Assembly (NCBI GenBank): GCA_963545485.1
Contig: CAUUJG010000001.1
Span: forward strand, 35,919-99,918
From: an uncultured Clostridia bacterium
Lineage (GTDB): Bacteria; Bacillota; Clostridia; Christensenellales; CAG-917
Reading direction: 5' to 3'
DNA: 64,000 nt
This document shows, in pieces, positions 1 to 9,595 of this stretch (position 1 is its first letter; every line of letters starts with the position of its first letter). The notes under the pieces were generated by a model. It was not told where the DNA came from and made no database searches. It saw only the letters and a program-made list of their open reading frames with translations. The position numbers and the translations under genes are program-made.

Positions 1-176
1 TTGCTGATGCAGTAAATGCCGCATTGAAGCCTGTTCGTGAAAAATATATTCAACTTCTTAAAGATCCGGCAATGATACTATCAATCGCTGATAAAGGTGC
101 AAAGGAAGCAAAGGTAATTGCAGAAAAAACATTGCATGAAGTTAGAGATAAAATGGGTTTAATTAGTAACCGGTAA
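1..176 (+). CDS. trpS: tryptophan--tRNA ligase, C-terminal end (5' part outside window)
   Basis: Frame is open from the window edge to TAA 174-176. Translation ADAVNAALKPVREKYIQLLKDPAMILSIADKGAKEAKVIAEKTLHEVRDKMGLISNR resembles the C-terminal helical tail of bacterial TrpRS. The stop overlaps the next start (TAATG). Identification rests on a 57-aa tail only. Confidence 0.5.
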   Translation, partial: ADAVNAALKPVREKYIQLLKDPAMILSIADKGAKEAKVIAEKTLHEVRDKMGLISNR

Positions 177-1039
177 TGTTCGGATATATAGTTCCAGATA
201 AAGCAAATTTATATATAAAAGATTTTCAAGTTTATAATGCATTTTATTGTTCATTATGTAAGGCATTATCACTAGAAGGCAATCAGTTAACAAGACTTTC
301 TGCGAATTATGATGCAACTTTTTTTGATATATTCGTACACGCTATATTGAAAAAAGAAGTCGCAATTAAGGTTGAGACATGTATGATAGCGATGAAAAAA
401 AAGAATGTTGTAAAGATCGACGAACTCACAATCAGAGTTGCAGATGTAGCAGTATTATTACTTTATTATAGCCTTACAGATGACATACTTGATGGGAAGA
501 AGTCCAGAAGAATTTTACGAACATCATTTGCTTTCAGAGCAAGGAAGGCAAAAAAAAGAGAACCGATTATCAATACTATTATTGAAGAGTCATATAAAAG
601 GCTCAGGGAGCTTGAAGAAGAACAGTGTGTAAGTATTGATAGAGTGGCCGACACATCAGCGAAAATGCTTCAAGATATAACCAACCAATTTAAAAGATTG
701 AATTATGAGGAGAGTAATTTCATCTATAATATAGGCAAGTTAATATACCTTTTTGATGCAATTGATGATATAGAAGAGGATACTAAAAATAAAACATATA
801 ATCCAATTCTTCTTATTTATGGTTTATGTAAAGATAAGAAAGAATATTTAGAAAAACATAGCAGGGAAATAAAATTTATCCTTAACTCGACATACAGCAG
901 AATTATCGAATGTTATGACAAAATGGAAATTGTGGAGTTTGAAGGGATTCTATCTAATATAATTTACTTAGGAATTAGAAATCAAATTGATACAATAATG
1001 TCTGGAGACGGGAAATGTGGCTATAGCCAGCGAATATGA
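176..1039 (+). CDS. DUF5685-family protein (function unknown)
   Basis: 287-aa ORF. The N-terminus MFGYIVPDKANLYIKDFQVYNAFYCSLCKAL matches the conserved start I recall for clostridial DUF5685 proteins. The start overlaps the upstream stop. Confidence 0.7.
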   Translation: MFGYIVPDKANLYIKDFQVYNAFYCSLCKALSLEGNQLTRLSANYDATFFDIFVHAILKKEVAIKVETCMIAMKKKNVVKIDELTIRVADVAVLLLYYSLTDDILDGKKSRRILRTSFAFRARKAKKREPIINTIIEESYKRLRELEEEQCVSIDRVADTSAKMLQDITNQFKRLNYEESNFIYNIGKLIYLFDAIDDIEEDTKNKTYNPILLIYGLCKDKKEYLEKHSREIKFILNSTYSRIIECYDKMEIVEFEGILSNIIYLGIRNQIDTIMSGDGKCGYSQRI

Positions 1040-1077
1040 TTTTTTATTTTGGTTGCAGTAGAATTTTGGTAAAATAA

Positions 1078-1713
1078 ATGAACATGGAAAAAAAAGATTT
1101 AGAATATTTTGGATTAGATGAGAATGCAACTATAGAAGAGTTGGAAAGTGGTTATAACGAGAAACTGTGCGAGATTGAAAAATCCGAAGCAGAGGAAAAT
1201 AAGAAAAAAGAGATCAAATCTGAAATTGAAGAAAAACATGTATCAGCACTTGAATATATAAAAAACAGAAATTTAAAGGAGAAGGTGTTGGAAGGTGTTG
1301 TAGATGTTTTTATGCCAGTGCGAAAAGCCTTAAAGGCGAAAAATATTGCGGAAGCTCAAAGTATTTTGGATAACATAGATGTAAGAGATGGTGATTGGCA
1401 TTATCACCAGGCAATGGTTTACTATGAGCAGAATTGGCAGTCGGAATCAAAAAAACAACTTGAAATGGCAATGTCTCTTGAACCTATGAATGTTAAATAT
1501 AGACAAGCATATGACAAATTATGTGCAAGTGATATTGCAAAGACAGCTTTTGGCAATGAAGAGGAAAGAAAGACTAAAACAGAAAGGACATATTCTCCAG
1601 AACAAGGCATGAATAGTGATCGTGGTAGAAATGTTTGTTGTGGAGTATGTCAGGGATTAATTTGTGCTGATTGCTGTTGTGAATGTCTCGGCGGAGATCT
1701 TCTTCCCTGTTAA
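1078..1713 (+). CDS. J-like protein (no HPD motif) with cysteine-rich C-terminal tail
   Basis: 211-aa ORF. The N-terminal DLEYFGLDENATIEELESGYNEKL looks like a degenerate J-domain helix I/II without HPD. The last 25 residues carry 9 Cys (CCGVCQGLICADCCCECLGGDLLPC). An alternative start exists at ATG 1084. Confidence 0.7.
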   Translation: MNMEKKDLEYFGLDENATIEELESGYNEKLCEIEKSEAEENKKKEIKSEIEEKHVSALEYIKNRNLKEKVLEGVVDVFMPVRKALKAKNIAEAQSILDNIDVRDGDWHYHQAMVYYEQNWQSESKKQLEMAMSLEPMNVKYRQAYDKLCASDIAKTAFGNEEERKTKTERTYSPEQGMNSDRGRNVCCGVCQGLICADCCCECLGGDLLPC

Positions 1714-2340
1714 ATGAAGCACACGAAACATGTAAAGACAATTACATATTCAGCTATAGCAGTTGCAGTATCCATAGTGCTTTTGGCGATTGCTAGATTT
1801 GCACAGGTTGTTGATTTAACAGTTCTTTTATTGGTAGCAGTTATAATTTGTATACCATTTTGTGAACAACTTTATGCCGCTGGGGTGTTAGCGTATGTTA
1901 TTGTTGCAGTAGCAGCACCTTTTGTTACAGGGAAGTATATATTATCATTTATGTTTGTTTTTTGGATTGGACCGAGTGCATTGGTGCTGGCTGGATGGGA
2001 GAGAACAAAATACAAAAAATATTTTGGAATACTGTTGGCAGTTGTTATTCTGAATGTAGCATTTTGGTGTCAATATGCATTGATTAAGCACTTCTTCTTT
2101 AAAGAGTTTTATGCTACAACTCAAATTTTAATTAAATTAAAACAAAAGACCTCTAAAGTAGGATTTATATTGTTGCTTTTAGGACTATGGCATGTGTTCA
2201 CTATACTTGCAGATTACGCAGTACTATTTTTATATAGATATATTTATCGTGAAATATATGTAAAACGGCTACATGTTGAAGATAATTCTGAAAAGAAAAC
2301 AATATTAAATGATGATGAGACAGATGTTTTTGATAATTAA
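1714..2340 (+). CDS. polytopic membrane protein, unknown function
   Basis: 208-aa ORF with several long hydrophobic segments. Its ATG immediately follows the upstream TAA (1711-1713), suggesting translational coupling with the Cys-rich protein. Confidence 0.7.
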   Translation: MKHTKHVKTITYSAIAVAVSIVLLAIARFAQVVDLTVLLLVAVIICIPFCEQLYAAGVLAYVIVAVAAPFVTGKYILSFMFVFWIGPSALVLAGWERTKYKKYFGILLAVVILNVAFWCQYALIKHFFFKEFYATTQILIKLKQKTSKVGFILLLLGLWHVFTILADYAVLFLYRYIYREIYVKRLHVEDNSEKKTILNDDETDVFDN

Positions 2341-2458
2341 AAATAGCGAATAAGATTGTACAAGAGGTGCAAAATTAATATGTGGCTTTTAAAAAGAAAG
2401 TCTAAACATAACAAAGTTAGTAGAATAATGCTTATTTTTTTCTCATAAATGCATAAAA

Positions 2459-2519
2459 TTATACCCGATAAGGTGTAAATTATTGATTTGTGCTATTAAT
2501 TATACCCTATAGGGTGTAA
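2459..2519. promoter_or_regulatory. pair of 20-bp near-palindromic operator-like sites upstream of the HTH/Hip module
   Basis: TTATACCCGATAAGGTGTAA (2459-2478) and TTATACCCTATAGGGTGTAA (2500-2519) share half-site TTAYACC and lie 41 bp apart, start to start. The second ends 10 bp before the HTH gene ATG at 2529. Confidence 0.5.
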
Positions 2520-2528
2520 TATCAGTTT

Positions 2529-2731
2529 ATGAACAAAATATCTGGTGTTGTGAGGGAAAATAGAAAGAAGCTTGGGCTTACCCAAGAAGAATTTGCGATG
2601 AGATCGGGGTTAGGGTTGCGTTTTGTTAGAGAACTTGAGTCTGGGAAAAAACACTTAGGTTAGATAAGGTCAATCAAGCATTAGCTATGTTTGATATGGA
2701 AATGATTGTCGGAGTAAAAGATAAAAAATAA
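2529..2731 (+). pseudogene. XRE-family HTH (HipB-like) gene interrupted by a frameshift in an A6 run
   Basis: From ATG 2529 the frame reads MNKISGVVRENRKKLGLTQEEFAMRSGLGLRFVRELESGKKHLG and stops at TAG 2661-2663. Shifting one base at the A-run 2646-2651 gives ...GKKTLRLDKVNQALAMFDMEMIVGVKDKK, which ends at TAA 2729-2731 and overlaps the next ATG (TAATG). Confidence 0.7.
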
Positions 2732-3057
2732 TGGAATATAGGACAGCACATATTTATTTTGATGATACATTCGTAGGAGAATTATCTGAATGTGAAGAAG
2801 GATATGTTTTTATATACGATAATGTATATTTTGAGGATGATAGCAAGCATGCAATTTCATTAACATTGCCTAAAACGCAACAAAAATATTGTTCAAAAAC
2901 ATTATTCCCATTTTTTGATGGCTTGATTCCGGAGGGATGGATGTTAAATTTTGTTAGCACAAAATGGGGAATAAATATTAGAGATAGGTTTGGAATTTTG
3001 CTGGTGGCATGTAAGGATACAGTATCTAGAGTAAGAATTTTGGAGAAAAAAATATGA
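2731..3057 (+). CDS. HipA N-terminal-subdomain protein (HipS-like)
   Basis: 108-aa ORF. The segment ...LPKTQQKYCSKTLFPFFDGLIPEGW... is the typical HipA N-terminal coupling-domain motif (FxxLLPEG-like). Its stop overlaps the kinase start (ATGA). Confidence 0.8.
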   Translation: MEYRTAHIYFDDTFVGELSECEEGYVFIYDNVYFEDDSKHAISLTLPKTQQKYCSKTLFPFFDGLIPEGWMLNFVSTKWGINIRDRFGILLVACKDTVSRVRILEKKI

Positions 3058-4025
3058 TTTGCTTATGCTGTAATAAACCAATTAAGGAAACAACCAGCGA
3101 AGAGGCAACTAAATTAGGATGGCATATTGGTTGTATAAAAAATTTTTTTAAAGTAGATAAAATTCCTCTATTTGATATATCACTGTCAAGAATTGTAAAT
3201 ATGGCAAATAAAAATATTGCAACTGGCGGGATTGTTCAGGGAGTTCAAAAAAAAATATCCTTAGGTTTATCGATGGGAGAATACAAAAGGATAACAGTTG
3301 TTGATTATCCGATCGGATTTATACTAAAACCACAAGTTGAAGAATACAGTTATTTGCCTGAATATGAACATTTAACAATGCAGATGGCAGAGGCGGTTGG
3401 GATAAGAACAGTGCCACATGCATTAATATCTATTGATGGTCAGATGGCATACATAACAAGACGCATAGATAGATTCGATGAACATGGCAATTCGATACGA
3501 CTTGCAATGGAAGATTTTTGCCAGTTGGAAGAAAGACTGACCGAAGATAAATACAAAAGCTCATATGAAAGATGTGTAAAGGTCATAAAAAAATATTCAA
3601 GTAGAACAGGATTTGATTTAACAGAATTTTTATTAAGAACAATATTTTTTTTCATCACAGGCAATTCAGACATGCATCTTAAAAATTTTTCACTTATTCA
3701 AAATTCTCAGGATTCTTTTGATTACCATTTATCACCAGCATATGATTTATTACCAGTCAACTTGATTATGCCAGAAGATGTTGAAGAATCGGCTTTAACG
3801 CTCAATGGAAAAAAAAGAAACCTAAACATTAAAGATTTCTATATTTTAGCAAGAAGGTGTGAATTGCAAGAAAATGTGACAAATAAAATGATAAAAAACA
3901 TATTAAAACGAAAGGATGAACTTTTTAAATTATGTGATAATTCATTAATCCCGAATGAACAAAAAGAAAAATACAAAAATTTGATTGCAGAAAGATTAGA
4001 TAGAATTACTGATACTGAAATATAG
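3054..4025 (+). CDS. HipA-family serine/threonine kinase toxin lacking the N-subdomain (HipT-like)
   Basis: 323-aa ORF with Gly-rich loop GGIVQGVQKKISL, catalytic loop GNSDMHLKNFS and Mg-binding AYDLLPV. The N-terminal Cys/His knuckle (CLCCNKP...WHIGCIKNFF) is typical of short HipA homologs. Confidence 0.85.
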   Translation: MICLCCNKPIKETTSEEATKLGWHIGCIKNFFKVDKIPLFDISLSRIVNMANKNIATGGIVQGVQKKISLGLSMGEYKRITVVDYPIGFILKPQVEEYSYLPEYEHLTMQMAEAVGIRTVPHALISIDGQMAYITRRIDRFDEHGNSIRLAMEDFCQLEERLTEDKYKSSYERCVKVIKKYSSRTGFDLTEFLLRTIFFFITGNSDMHLKNFSLIQNSQDSFDYHLSPAYDLLPVNLIMPEDVEESALTLNGKKRNLNIKDFYILARRCELQENVTNKMIKNILKRKDELFKLCDNSLIPNEQKEKYKNLIAERLDRITDTEI

Positions 4026-4073
4026 ACGGTGTTAATGTGTCTAAAATTTAATAAAAAAATTCAAAAAATTTGT

Positions 4074-4102
4074 TTGACATAAAAATTAAAAATCAATAAA
4101 CT
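4074..4102 (+). promoter_or_regulatory. candidate sigma-A promoter of the S10 operon
   Basis: TTGACA (4074-4079), 17 nt, TAAACT (4097-4102), about 95 nt upstream of rpsJ. Confidence 0.4.
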
Positions 4103-4198
4103 TAAAAGGCTGTGCAAAACAGGATTTTTTATTTTTTATAAAAATATACTGCGATACACACGGATAAGTGATAGGTAGAATGAATAGGAGGCTACATA

Positions 4199-4507
4199 AT
4201 GGCTGGACAGAAAATCAGAATTAAATTGAGAGCTTACGACCATAATCTTATTGATAAGTCTGCTGAAAAAATTGTAGAAACGATCAAAAAGACTGGAACA
4301 AAAGTTTTAGGTCCGATTCCACTTCCAACAGAGAAGGAGATCATTACAATTTTGAGAGCGACACATAAATATAAGGATTCAAGAGAACAATTTGAATTAA
4401 GAACACACAAAAGACTTATAGACATATTTAACCCAACAGCAAGAACACTGGAAATGCTTAAGAAATTGGACATTCCTGCAGGTGTTGATATTGCTATGAA
4501 GTTATAA
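4199..4507 (+). CDS. rpsJ: 30S ribosomal protein S10
   Basis: Translation [28 protein letters not shown]... is canonical uS10. GGAGG SD upstream. First gene of a conserved operon order. Confidence 0.97.
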   Translation: MAGQKIRIKLRAYDHNLIDKSAEKIVETIKKTGTKVLGPIPLPTEKEIITILRATHKYKDSREQFELRTHKRLIDIFNPTARTLEMLKKLDIPAGVDIAMKL

Positions 4508-4537
4508 TTTATAAAATACAAGGAGAGTGAACTTTAC

Positions 4538-5167
4538 ATGGATAAAGCAATCATCGGAAAGAAAATAGGAATGACTCAAATCTTCACAAAAGACGGTACT
4601 GTTATTCCAGTTACTGTTGTAGAAGCCGGTCCTTGTCATATTGTCCAAATTAAAACTAAGGATAATGACGGATATGAAGCAATACAGATGGGATTTGGAG
4701 TAATTAAAGAGAAAAAAGTAACAAAACCTTTAAAAGGACATTTTTTGAAGGCAAAAGTTGCTCCTGAAAAAGTGTTGAAAGAATTTCGTTTTGCAAACTG
4801 TGCAAATTATACAGTAGGGCAAGAAATTAAATGTGATGTCTTTAAAGAAGGGGAAAGGGTTGATGTAAGCGGAGTTTCAAAAGGACATGGATTCACAGGT
4901 CCTATAAAGAGATGGAACCAGCACAGAGGACCTATGGCACACGGTTCTGGATATCATAGAGGTGTTGGATCAATGGGTGCATGTTCTTCACCATCAAGAG
5001 TTTTTAAGAATAAGCATATGGCAGGTCAGTGGGGACATGAAAAGGTCACAGTACAGAATCTTTTGATTGCAAGAGTTGATGTTAACAGAAACCTGTTGCT
5101 AATCAAGGGTGCTATTCCTGGACCAAAGGGTTCAACTGTATTTGTTAAACAAACGGCGAAGGGTTAA
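4538..5167 (+). CDS. rplC: 50S ribosomal protein L3
   Basis: [23 protein letters not shown]... is canonical uL3, in the conserved operon position. Confidence 0.97.
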   Translation: MDKAIIGKKIGMTQIFTKDGTVIPVTVVEAGPCHIVQIKTKDNDGYEAIQMGFGVIKEKKVTKPLKGHFLKAKVAPEKVLKEFRFANCANYTVGQEIKCDVFKEGERVDVSGVSKGHGFTGPIKRWNQHRGPMAHGSGYHRGVGSMGACSSPSRVFKNKHMAGQWGHEKVTVQNLLIARVDVNRNLLLIKGAIPGPKGSTVFVKQTAKG

Positions 5168-5183
5168 TTGGAGGTAGCGAATA

Positions 5184-5831
5184 ATGGAATTGAAAGTAAT
5201 TAATGCACAAGGGAAAGCTTCGGGTACAATTAAAGTAAGTGACGATTTGTTTAATGTTGAATATAACGAATCATTAATCCATCAAGTTGTAGTTGCACAA
5301 TTAGCAAATAGAAGACAGGGAACACATAGTGCTTTAACGAGATCTGAAGTTCGTGGAGGTGGATGTAAGCCATATCGCCAGAAGGGAACAGGTCGTGCTC
5401 GTCAGGGATCTATAGTTGCACCTAACCATGTTGGTGGTGGAATTGTATTTGCAAAGAAGCCACGTAGTTTCGAACAAAAAATAAATAAAAGAATGAAAGA
5501 TCTTGCATTCTGGTCAGCAATGTCAGAGAAGATTAGACAGAATGAATTGCAGGTAGTTTCAGGAATTGATTTAGCAGAAGCAAAAACAAAACTTGTTGCA
5601 GCGATGCTTAAGGCAATCAAGGTGATAGGGAAGACAGTTATCGTAATTGATTCAGAAGAAGGAAATGAAAAGATAAAAGAAAGTTTATATCTTGCATCTA
5701 GAAACATTGAAAATGTTGAAGTTAGAGATATTAATTTGTTGAGTGTATATGATGTTGTAGCAAATAAGAATTTGCTCATATCTAAAGAAGCAGTTATGAA
5801 GTTGGAGAAAGCGAACAATGAAAATGTATGA
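5184..5831 (+). CDS. rplD: 50S ribosomal protein L4
   Basis: uL4 hallmarks (RQGTHSALTRSEVRGGGCKPYRQKGTGRARQGS), in operon position. Confidence 0.97.
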   Translation: MELKVINAQGKASGTIKVSDDLFNVEYNESLIHQVVVAQLANRRQGTHSALTRSEVRGGGCKPYRQKGTGRARQGSIVAPNHVGGGIVFAKKPRSFEQKINKRMKDLAFWSAMSEKIRQNELQVVSGIDLAEAKTKLVAAMLKAIKVIGKTVIVIDSEEGNEKIKESLYLASRNIENVEVRDINLLSVYDVVANKNLLISKEAVMKLEKANNENV

Positions 5832-6108
5832 TGTAATAATTGAACCGGTTCTTTCTGAAAAAAGTTATGACGGTATAGCTGATAAAAAATATGTATTCAG
5901 AGTACATAAAGATGCCAATAGAACCGAAGTTAAGAAAGCTATTGAGCAAATATTTAAAGTAAAGGTAGAAAAAGTAAATATTGTTAATTGCGATGGGAAG
6001 CTTAAGAGAATGGGCAGAACACAGGGAAAAACTGCTTCATATAAAAAAGCATATATAAAGCTTACAAAAGACAGTAAAGCAATTGAACAATTTGAGAGTC
6101 TAGCGTAA
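5818..6108 (+). CDS. rplW: 50S ribosomal protein L23
   Basis: 96-aa uL23-like sequence (YDVIIEPVLSEKS...). Overlaps the rplD end. Confidence 0.95.
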   Translation: MKMYDVIIEPVLSEKSYDGIADKKYVFRVHKDANRTEVKKAIEQIFKVKVEKVNIVNCDGKLKRMGRTQGKTASYKKAYIKLTKDSKAIEQFESLA

Positions 6109-6120
6109 GGAGAAACAAAA

Positions 6121-6948
6121 ATGGCAATAAAGAAGTACAAACCAACATCACCAGCTCGTAGACATATGTCTGTTTCTGCATTTGATGAAATTACAACAAA
6201 AACTCCAGAAAAGACATTGTTAGCAGAGAAGAATAAGACTGGTGGAAGAAACTCATATGGTAGAATCACTGTCAGACACATCGGTGGTGGAAATAGACAA
6301 AAATACAGAATTATTGATTTTAAAAGATTAAAAGACAATATTCCTGCAAAAGTAGCTGAGATTGAATATGATCCAAACCGTACAGCAAACATAGCATTGC
6401 TTCATTATGCTGATGGGGAAAAAAGATATATTCTTGCACCAGTAGGACTAAATAAAGGTGACATTGTAGAAAGTGGAGAAAATGCTGATATTAAGGCGGG
6501 AAACAATTTGCCTATATCAGCTATTCCAGTAGGTACAATGATACATAATATTGAAATGACACCTGGTAGAGGTGGTCAAATAGCAAGATCCGCAGGTATA
6601 TCAGCACAGTTGATGGCAAAAGAAGGTAAGTACGCAACATTGCGTATGCCAAGTGGCGAGGTAAGACTTGTTCTTATACAGTGTAGAGCAACAGTAGGAC
6701 AGGTTGGAAATCTTGATCACGAAATTGTAAAGCTTGGAAAGGCAGGAAAAACAAGACATATGGGGGTTAGACCATCAGTTCGTGGTGTTGTTATGAACCC
6801 TTGTGATCACCCACACGGTGGTGGTGAAGGTAAATCTCCAGTAGGTATGCCATCGCCTGTAACTCCATGGGGTAAACCAACACTTGGATATAAGACAAGA
6901 AAGAAGAGCAATAAATCTAACAAGTTTATTATTAAGCGTGTTAATTAA
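6121..6948 (+). CDS. rplB: 50S ribosomal protein L2
   Basis: Canonical uL2 ([16 protein letters not shown]..., GGGEGKSP). Confidence 0.98.
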   Translation: MAIKKYKPTSPARRHMSVSAFDEITTKTPEKTLLAEKNKTGGRNSYGRITVRHIGGGNRQKYRIIDFKRLKDNIPAKVAEIEYDPNRTANIALLHYADGEKRYILAPVGLNKGDIVESGENADIKAGNNLPISAIPVGTMIHNIEMTPGRGGQIARSAGISAQLMAKEGKYATLRMPSGEVRLVLIQCRATVGQVGNLDHEIVKLGKAGKTRHMGVRPSVRGVVMNPCDHPHGGGEGKSPVGMPSPVTPWGKPTLGYKTRKKSNKSNKFIIKRVN

Positions 6949-6960
6949 TCGGAGGAACAA

Positions 6961-7233
6961 ATGAGCAGAAGTGTAAAGAAAGGACCATTCGTTGAAGAAA
7001 GTTTGCTTAAAAAAATTGTTGCTATGAATAAGACTGGTGAACATAGACCAGTTAAGACATGGTCAAGAAGTTCAACAATTTTTCCAGAAATGGTAGGGCA
7101 CACAATAGCAGTACATAACGGAAAGGAACATGTACCTGTATATATTACAGAAGATATGGTCGGGAATAAGCTAGGTGAATTTGCTCCAACAAGAACATTT
7201 AGAGGTCACGCAGGTGACAAGGCTTCTAAGTAG
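6961..7233 (+). CDS. rpsS: 30S ribosomal protein S19
   Basis: Canonical uS19 ([11 protein letters not shown]..., [30 protein letters not shown]). Confidence 0.98.
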   Translation: MSRSVKKGPFVEESLLKKIVAMNKTGEHRPVKTWSRSSTIFPEMVGHTIAVHNGKEHVPVYITEDMVGNKLGEFAPTRTFRGHAGDKASK

Positions 7234-7241
7234 GAGGACAG

Positions 7242-7628
7242 ATGGCAACAAGACAGAGAGAAAAAGCTGAAAAAATTGCTGAAATATCAGAAAAGAGACC
7301 ACATGCGACAGCAAAATATATAAGAATATCAGCATTTAAAGTAAGAATAGTACTTAATGCGATAAGAGGAATGGGAGCAAATGAAGCGGTTGCATTTTTA
7401 AAGAATACAAGAAAGGCAGCATGTCCAATTGTACTTAAAGTATTAAATAGTGCAATTGCAAATGCTGAAAACAACCAGAGTATGGCAAAAGATGAACTTG
7501 TGGTTGCCGAATGTTATGCGAATGAAGGTCCGGTTTTGAAAAGAGTTCAGCCAAGAGCAAGAGGACAGATGTTCAGAATTTTGAAGAGAACATCGCATAT
7601 AACAGTAATTTTAGATAGGGCTTTCTAG
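7242..7628 (+). CDS. rplV: 50S ribosomal protein L22
   Basis: uL22-like sequence (AKYIRISAFKVRIVLNAIRG...), in operon position. Confidence 0.96.
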   Translation: MATRQREKAEKIAEISEKRPHATAKYIRISAFKVRIVLNAIRGMGANEAVAFLKNTRKAACPIVLKVLNSAIANAENNQSMAKDELVVAECYANEGPVLKRVQPRARGQMFRILKRTSHITVILDRAF

Positions 7629-7637
7629 GAGGTAACG

Positions 7638-8300
7638 GTGGGACAGAAAGTAAATCCAAACGGTTTAAGAACAGGAATAAATAAACAGTGGGAATCAAGA
7701 TGGATTGCGGATAAAAAGAATTTTGCCGCAAATCTTGCTGAAGATGCAAAAATAAGACAATACATCTTGAAGAATTATAAAGATGCTAATGTTTCAAAAA
7801 TCAGTATTGAGAGATCAGCAAATAATTTTATAAAAGTTGAAATATTGACATCAAGAGTTGCATTGCTTATTGGCGATAAAGGTGAGACAGCTCAGAATAT
7901 AACAAAAGAATTAAAGAAAATTGCTGGAGGTAAGGAATTATCACTGGACATTTTCCCAGTAAAAAATGCTGATGCAGATGCAAAGATTTTGGCATTAACA
8001 GTAGCAAAAGAACTTGAAGGAAGAACATCATTTAGAAGAGCTATGAAACAGGCAATGTCAAGAGCTATGAAAGCTGGTGTAAAAGGAATTAAATTAGTTG
8101 TATCTGGAAGATTGGATGGAGCTGAAATTGCAAGAAGTGAAAGTTATCATGAGGGTTCAATTCCATTGCAGACATTAAGAGCAGATATTAATTATGCAAC
8201 AGCAACAGCACACACAACATTTGGAGCAATAGGAATTAAATGTTGGGTATACAAGGGTGAAATTTTAGGAAAGAATCCTTTAGAAGGAGGAAATAGATAA
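7638..8300 (+). CDS. rpsC: 30S ribosomal protein S3
   Basis: GTG start after [27 protein letters not shown] is canonical uS3. Confidence 0.97.
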   Translation: MGQKVNPNGLRTGINKQWESRWIADKKNFAANLAEDAKIRQYILKNYKDANVSKISIERSANNFIKVEILTSRVALLIGDKGETAQNITKELKKIAGGKELSLDIFPVKNADADAKILALTVAKELEGRTSFRRAMKQAMSRAMKAGVKGIKLVVSGRLDGAEIARSESYHEGSIPLQTLRADINYATATAHTTFGAIGIKCWVYKGEILGKNPLEGGNR

Positions 8301-8731
8301 TGTTAATGCCAAAACGTGTCAAGAGACGTCGTCAACATCGTGGAAGAATGAAAGGGAAGGCAATGAGAGGCAATATCATAGCATATGGTGAATATGGTTT
8401 GATGGCACTTGAGCCAGCATGGATCACAGCGAATCAGATTGAAGCAGCTCGTATTGCTATGACAAGATATATCAAGCGTGGTGGTCAAGTATGGATAGAC
8501 ATATTTCCACATAAACCAGTAACAAAAAAACCTGCTGAAACTCGTATGGGTAGTGGTAAAGGATCACCTGAATTTTGGGTAGCAGTAGTAAAACCACAAA
8601 GAATAATGTTTGAAATAGCTGGTGTTGATGAAGAAATAGCAAGAGAAGCTTTGAGACTCGCATCTCACAAGTTGCCTATTAAAACTAAATTTGTTAAGAA
8701 AGAAGACTTAGCAGAAGGCGGTGAAGCATGA
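8300..8731 (+). CDS. rplP: 50S ribosomal protein L16
   Basis: [19 protein letters not shown]... is canonical uL16. The start overlaps the rpsC stop. Confidence 0.98.
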   Translation: MLMPKRVKRRRQHRGRMKGKAMRGNIIAYGEYGLMALEPAWITANQIEAARIAMTRYIKRGGQVWIDIFPHKPVTKKPAETRMGSGKGSPEFWVAVVKPQRIMFEIAGVDEEIAREALRLASHKLPIKTKFVKKEDLAEGGEA

Positions 8732-8949
8732 AATCAAAGAAATTTTTTGAAATGACAGATGCAGAATTGCAGACAAAACTGAAAGAATTAAAAGAAGAGT
8801 TGTTTAATTTGCGTTTTCAACATGCAACAAATCAGCTCACAAACCCTATGGTCATTGCTCAGACAAGACATGATATAGCTCGTGTTAAAACAGCAATTAG
8901 ACAACAGGAAATTGCAAAAGCCAAAAATGCTAATCAGGCGGTGAAATAA
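8728..8949 (+). CDS. rpmC: 50S ribosomal protein L29
   Basis: uL29-like sequence ([20 protein letters not shown]). ATGA overlap with rplP. Confidence 0.95.
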   Translation: MKSKKFFEMTDAELQTKLKELKEELFNLRFQHATNQLTNPMVIAQTRHDIARVKTAIRQQEIAKAKNANQAVK

Positions 8950-9206
8950 TGGAAGCAAGAAATTTAAGAAAAGAAAGAGTAGGGATGGTTGTTTCAGATA
9001 AAATGGATAAAACAATTGTTGTAGCCATTGTTGAAAGAGTAAAGCATCCTTTATATAAGAAAACAATTAAAGTAACAAAGAAGCTAAAAGCTCATGATGA
9101 AAAGAACGAGTGTGGCATAGGTGATACAGTTCGTGTTGTTGAAACAAGACCGTTATCAAAAGATAAATGCTGGAGACTTGTTGAAATCATCGAAAAGGCT
9201 AAATAA
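8949..9206 (+). CDS. rpsQ: 30S ribosomal protein S17
   Basis: uS17-like sequence ([27 protein letters not shown]). Confidence 0.96.
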   Translation: MEARNLRKERVGMVVSDKMDKTIVVAIVERVKHPLYKKTIKVTKKLKAHDEKNECGIGDTVRVVETRPLSKDKCWRLVEIIEKAK

Positions 9207-9218
9207 GAGAGGTGAATA

Positions 9219-9587
9219 ATGATACAACCACAAACAAGATTAAAAGTAGCAGATAATAGTGGTGCAAAAGAAATAATGTGTATTAGAGTTCTTGGAGGCT
9301 CAGTACGCAGAAGTGCATCTATTGGAGATATCATTGTCGCTTCGGTTAAAACAGCAATCCCTGGAGGAAAAGTAAAGAAAGGTGATGTTGTTAAAGCAGT
9401 TGTTGTTAGAACAACATATGGACAGCAAAGAGCTGATGGCAGTTATATAAGATTTGATGATAATGCGGCGGTAATAATAGATAACCAGAAGCAGCCACAA
9501 GGAACACGTATTTTTGGACCTATAGCAAGAGAACTTCGTGAAAAAGACTTTATGAAGATTATCTCATTGGCTCCGGAAGTACTATAG
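9219..9587 (+). CDS. rplN: 50S ribosomal protein L14
   Basis: [27 protein letters not shown] is canonical uL14. Confidence 0.98.
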   Translation: MIQPQTRLKVADNSGAKEIMCIRVLGGSVRRSASIGDIIVASVKTAIPGGKVKKGDVVKAVVVRTTYGQQRADGSYIRFDDNAAVIIDNQKQPQGTRIFGPIARELREKDFMKIISLAPEVL

Positions 9588-9595
9588 GAGGAATA

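Noticed and set aside
4103-4140. Small hairpin plus T-runs (CTGTGCAAAACAGGATTTTTTATTTTTT) in the S10 leader as a possible attenuator
   Set aside because: The stem is only about 4 bp. That is too weak to call a terminator or attenuator without folding calculations or conservation data.
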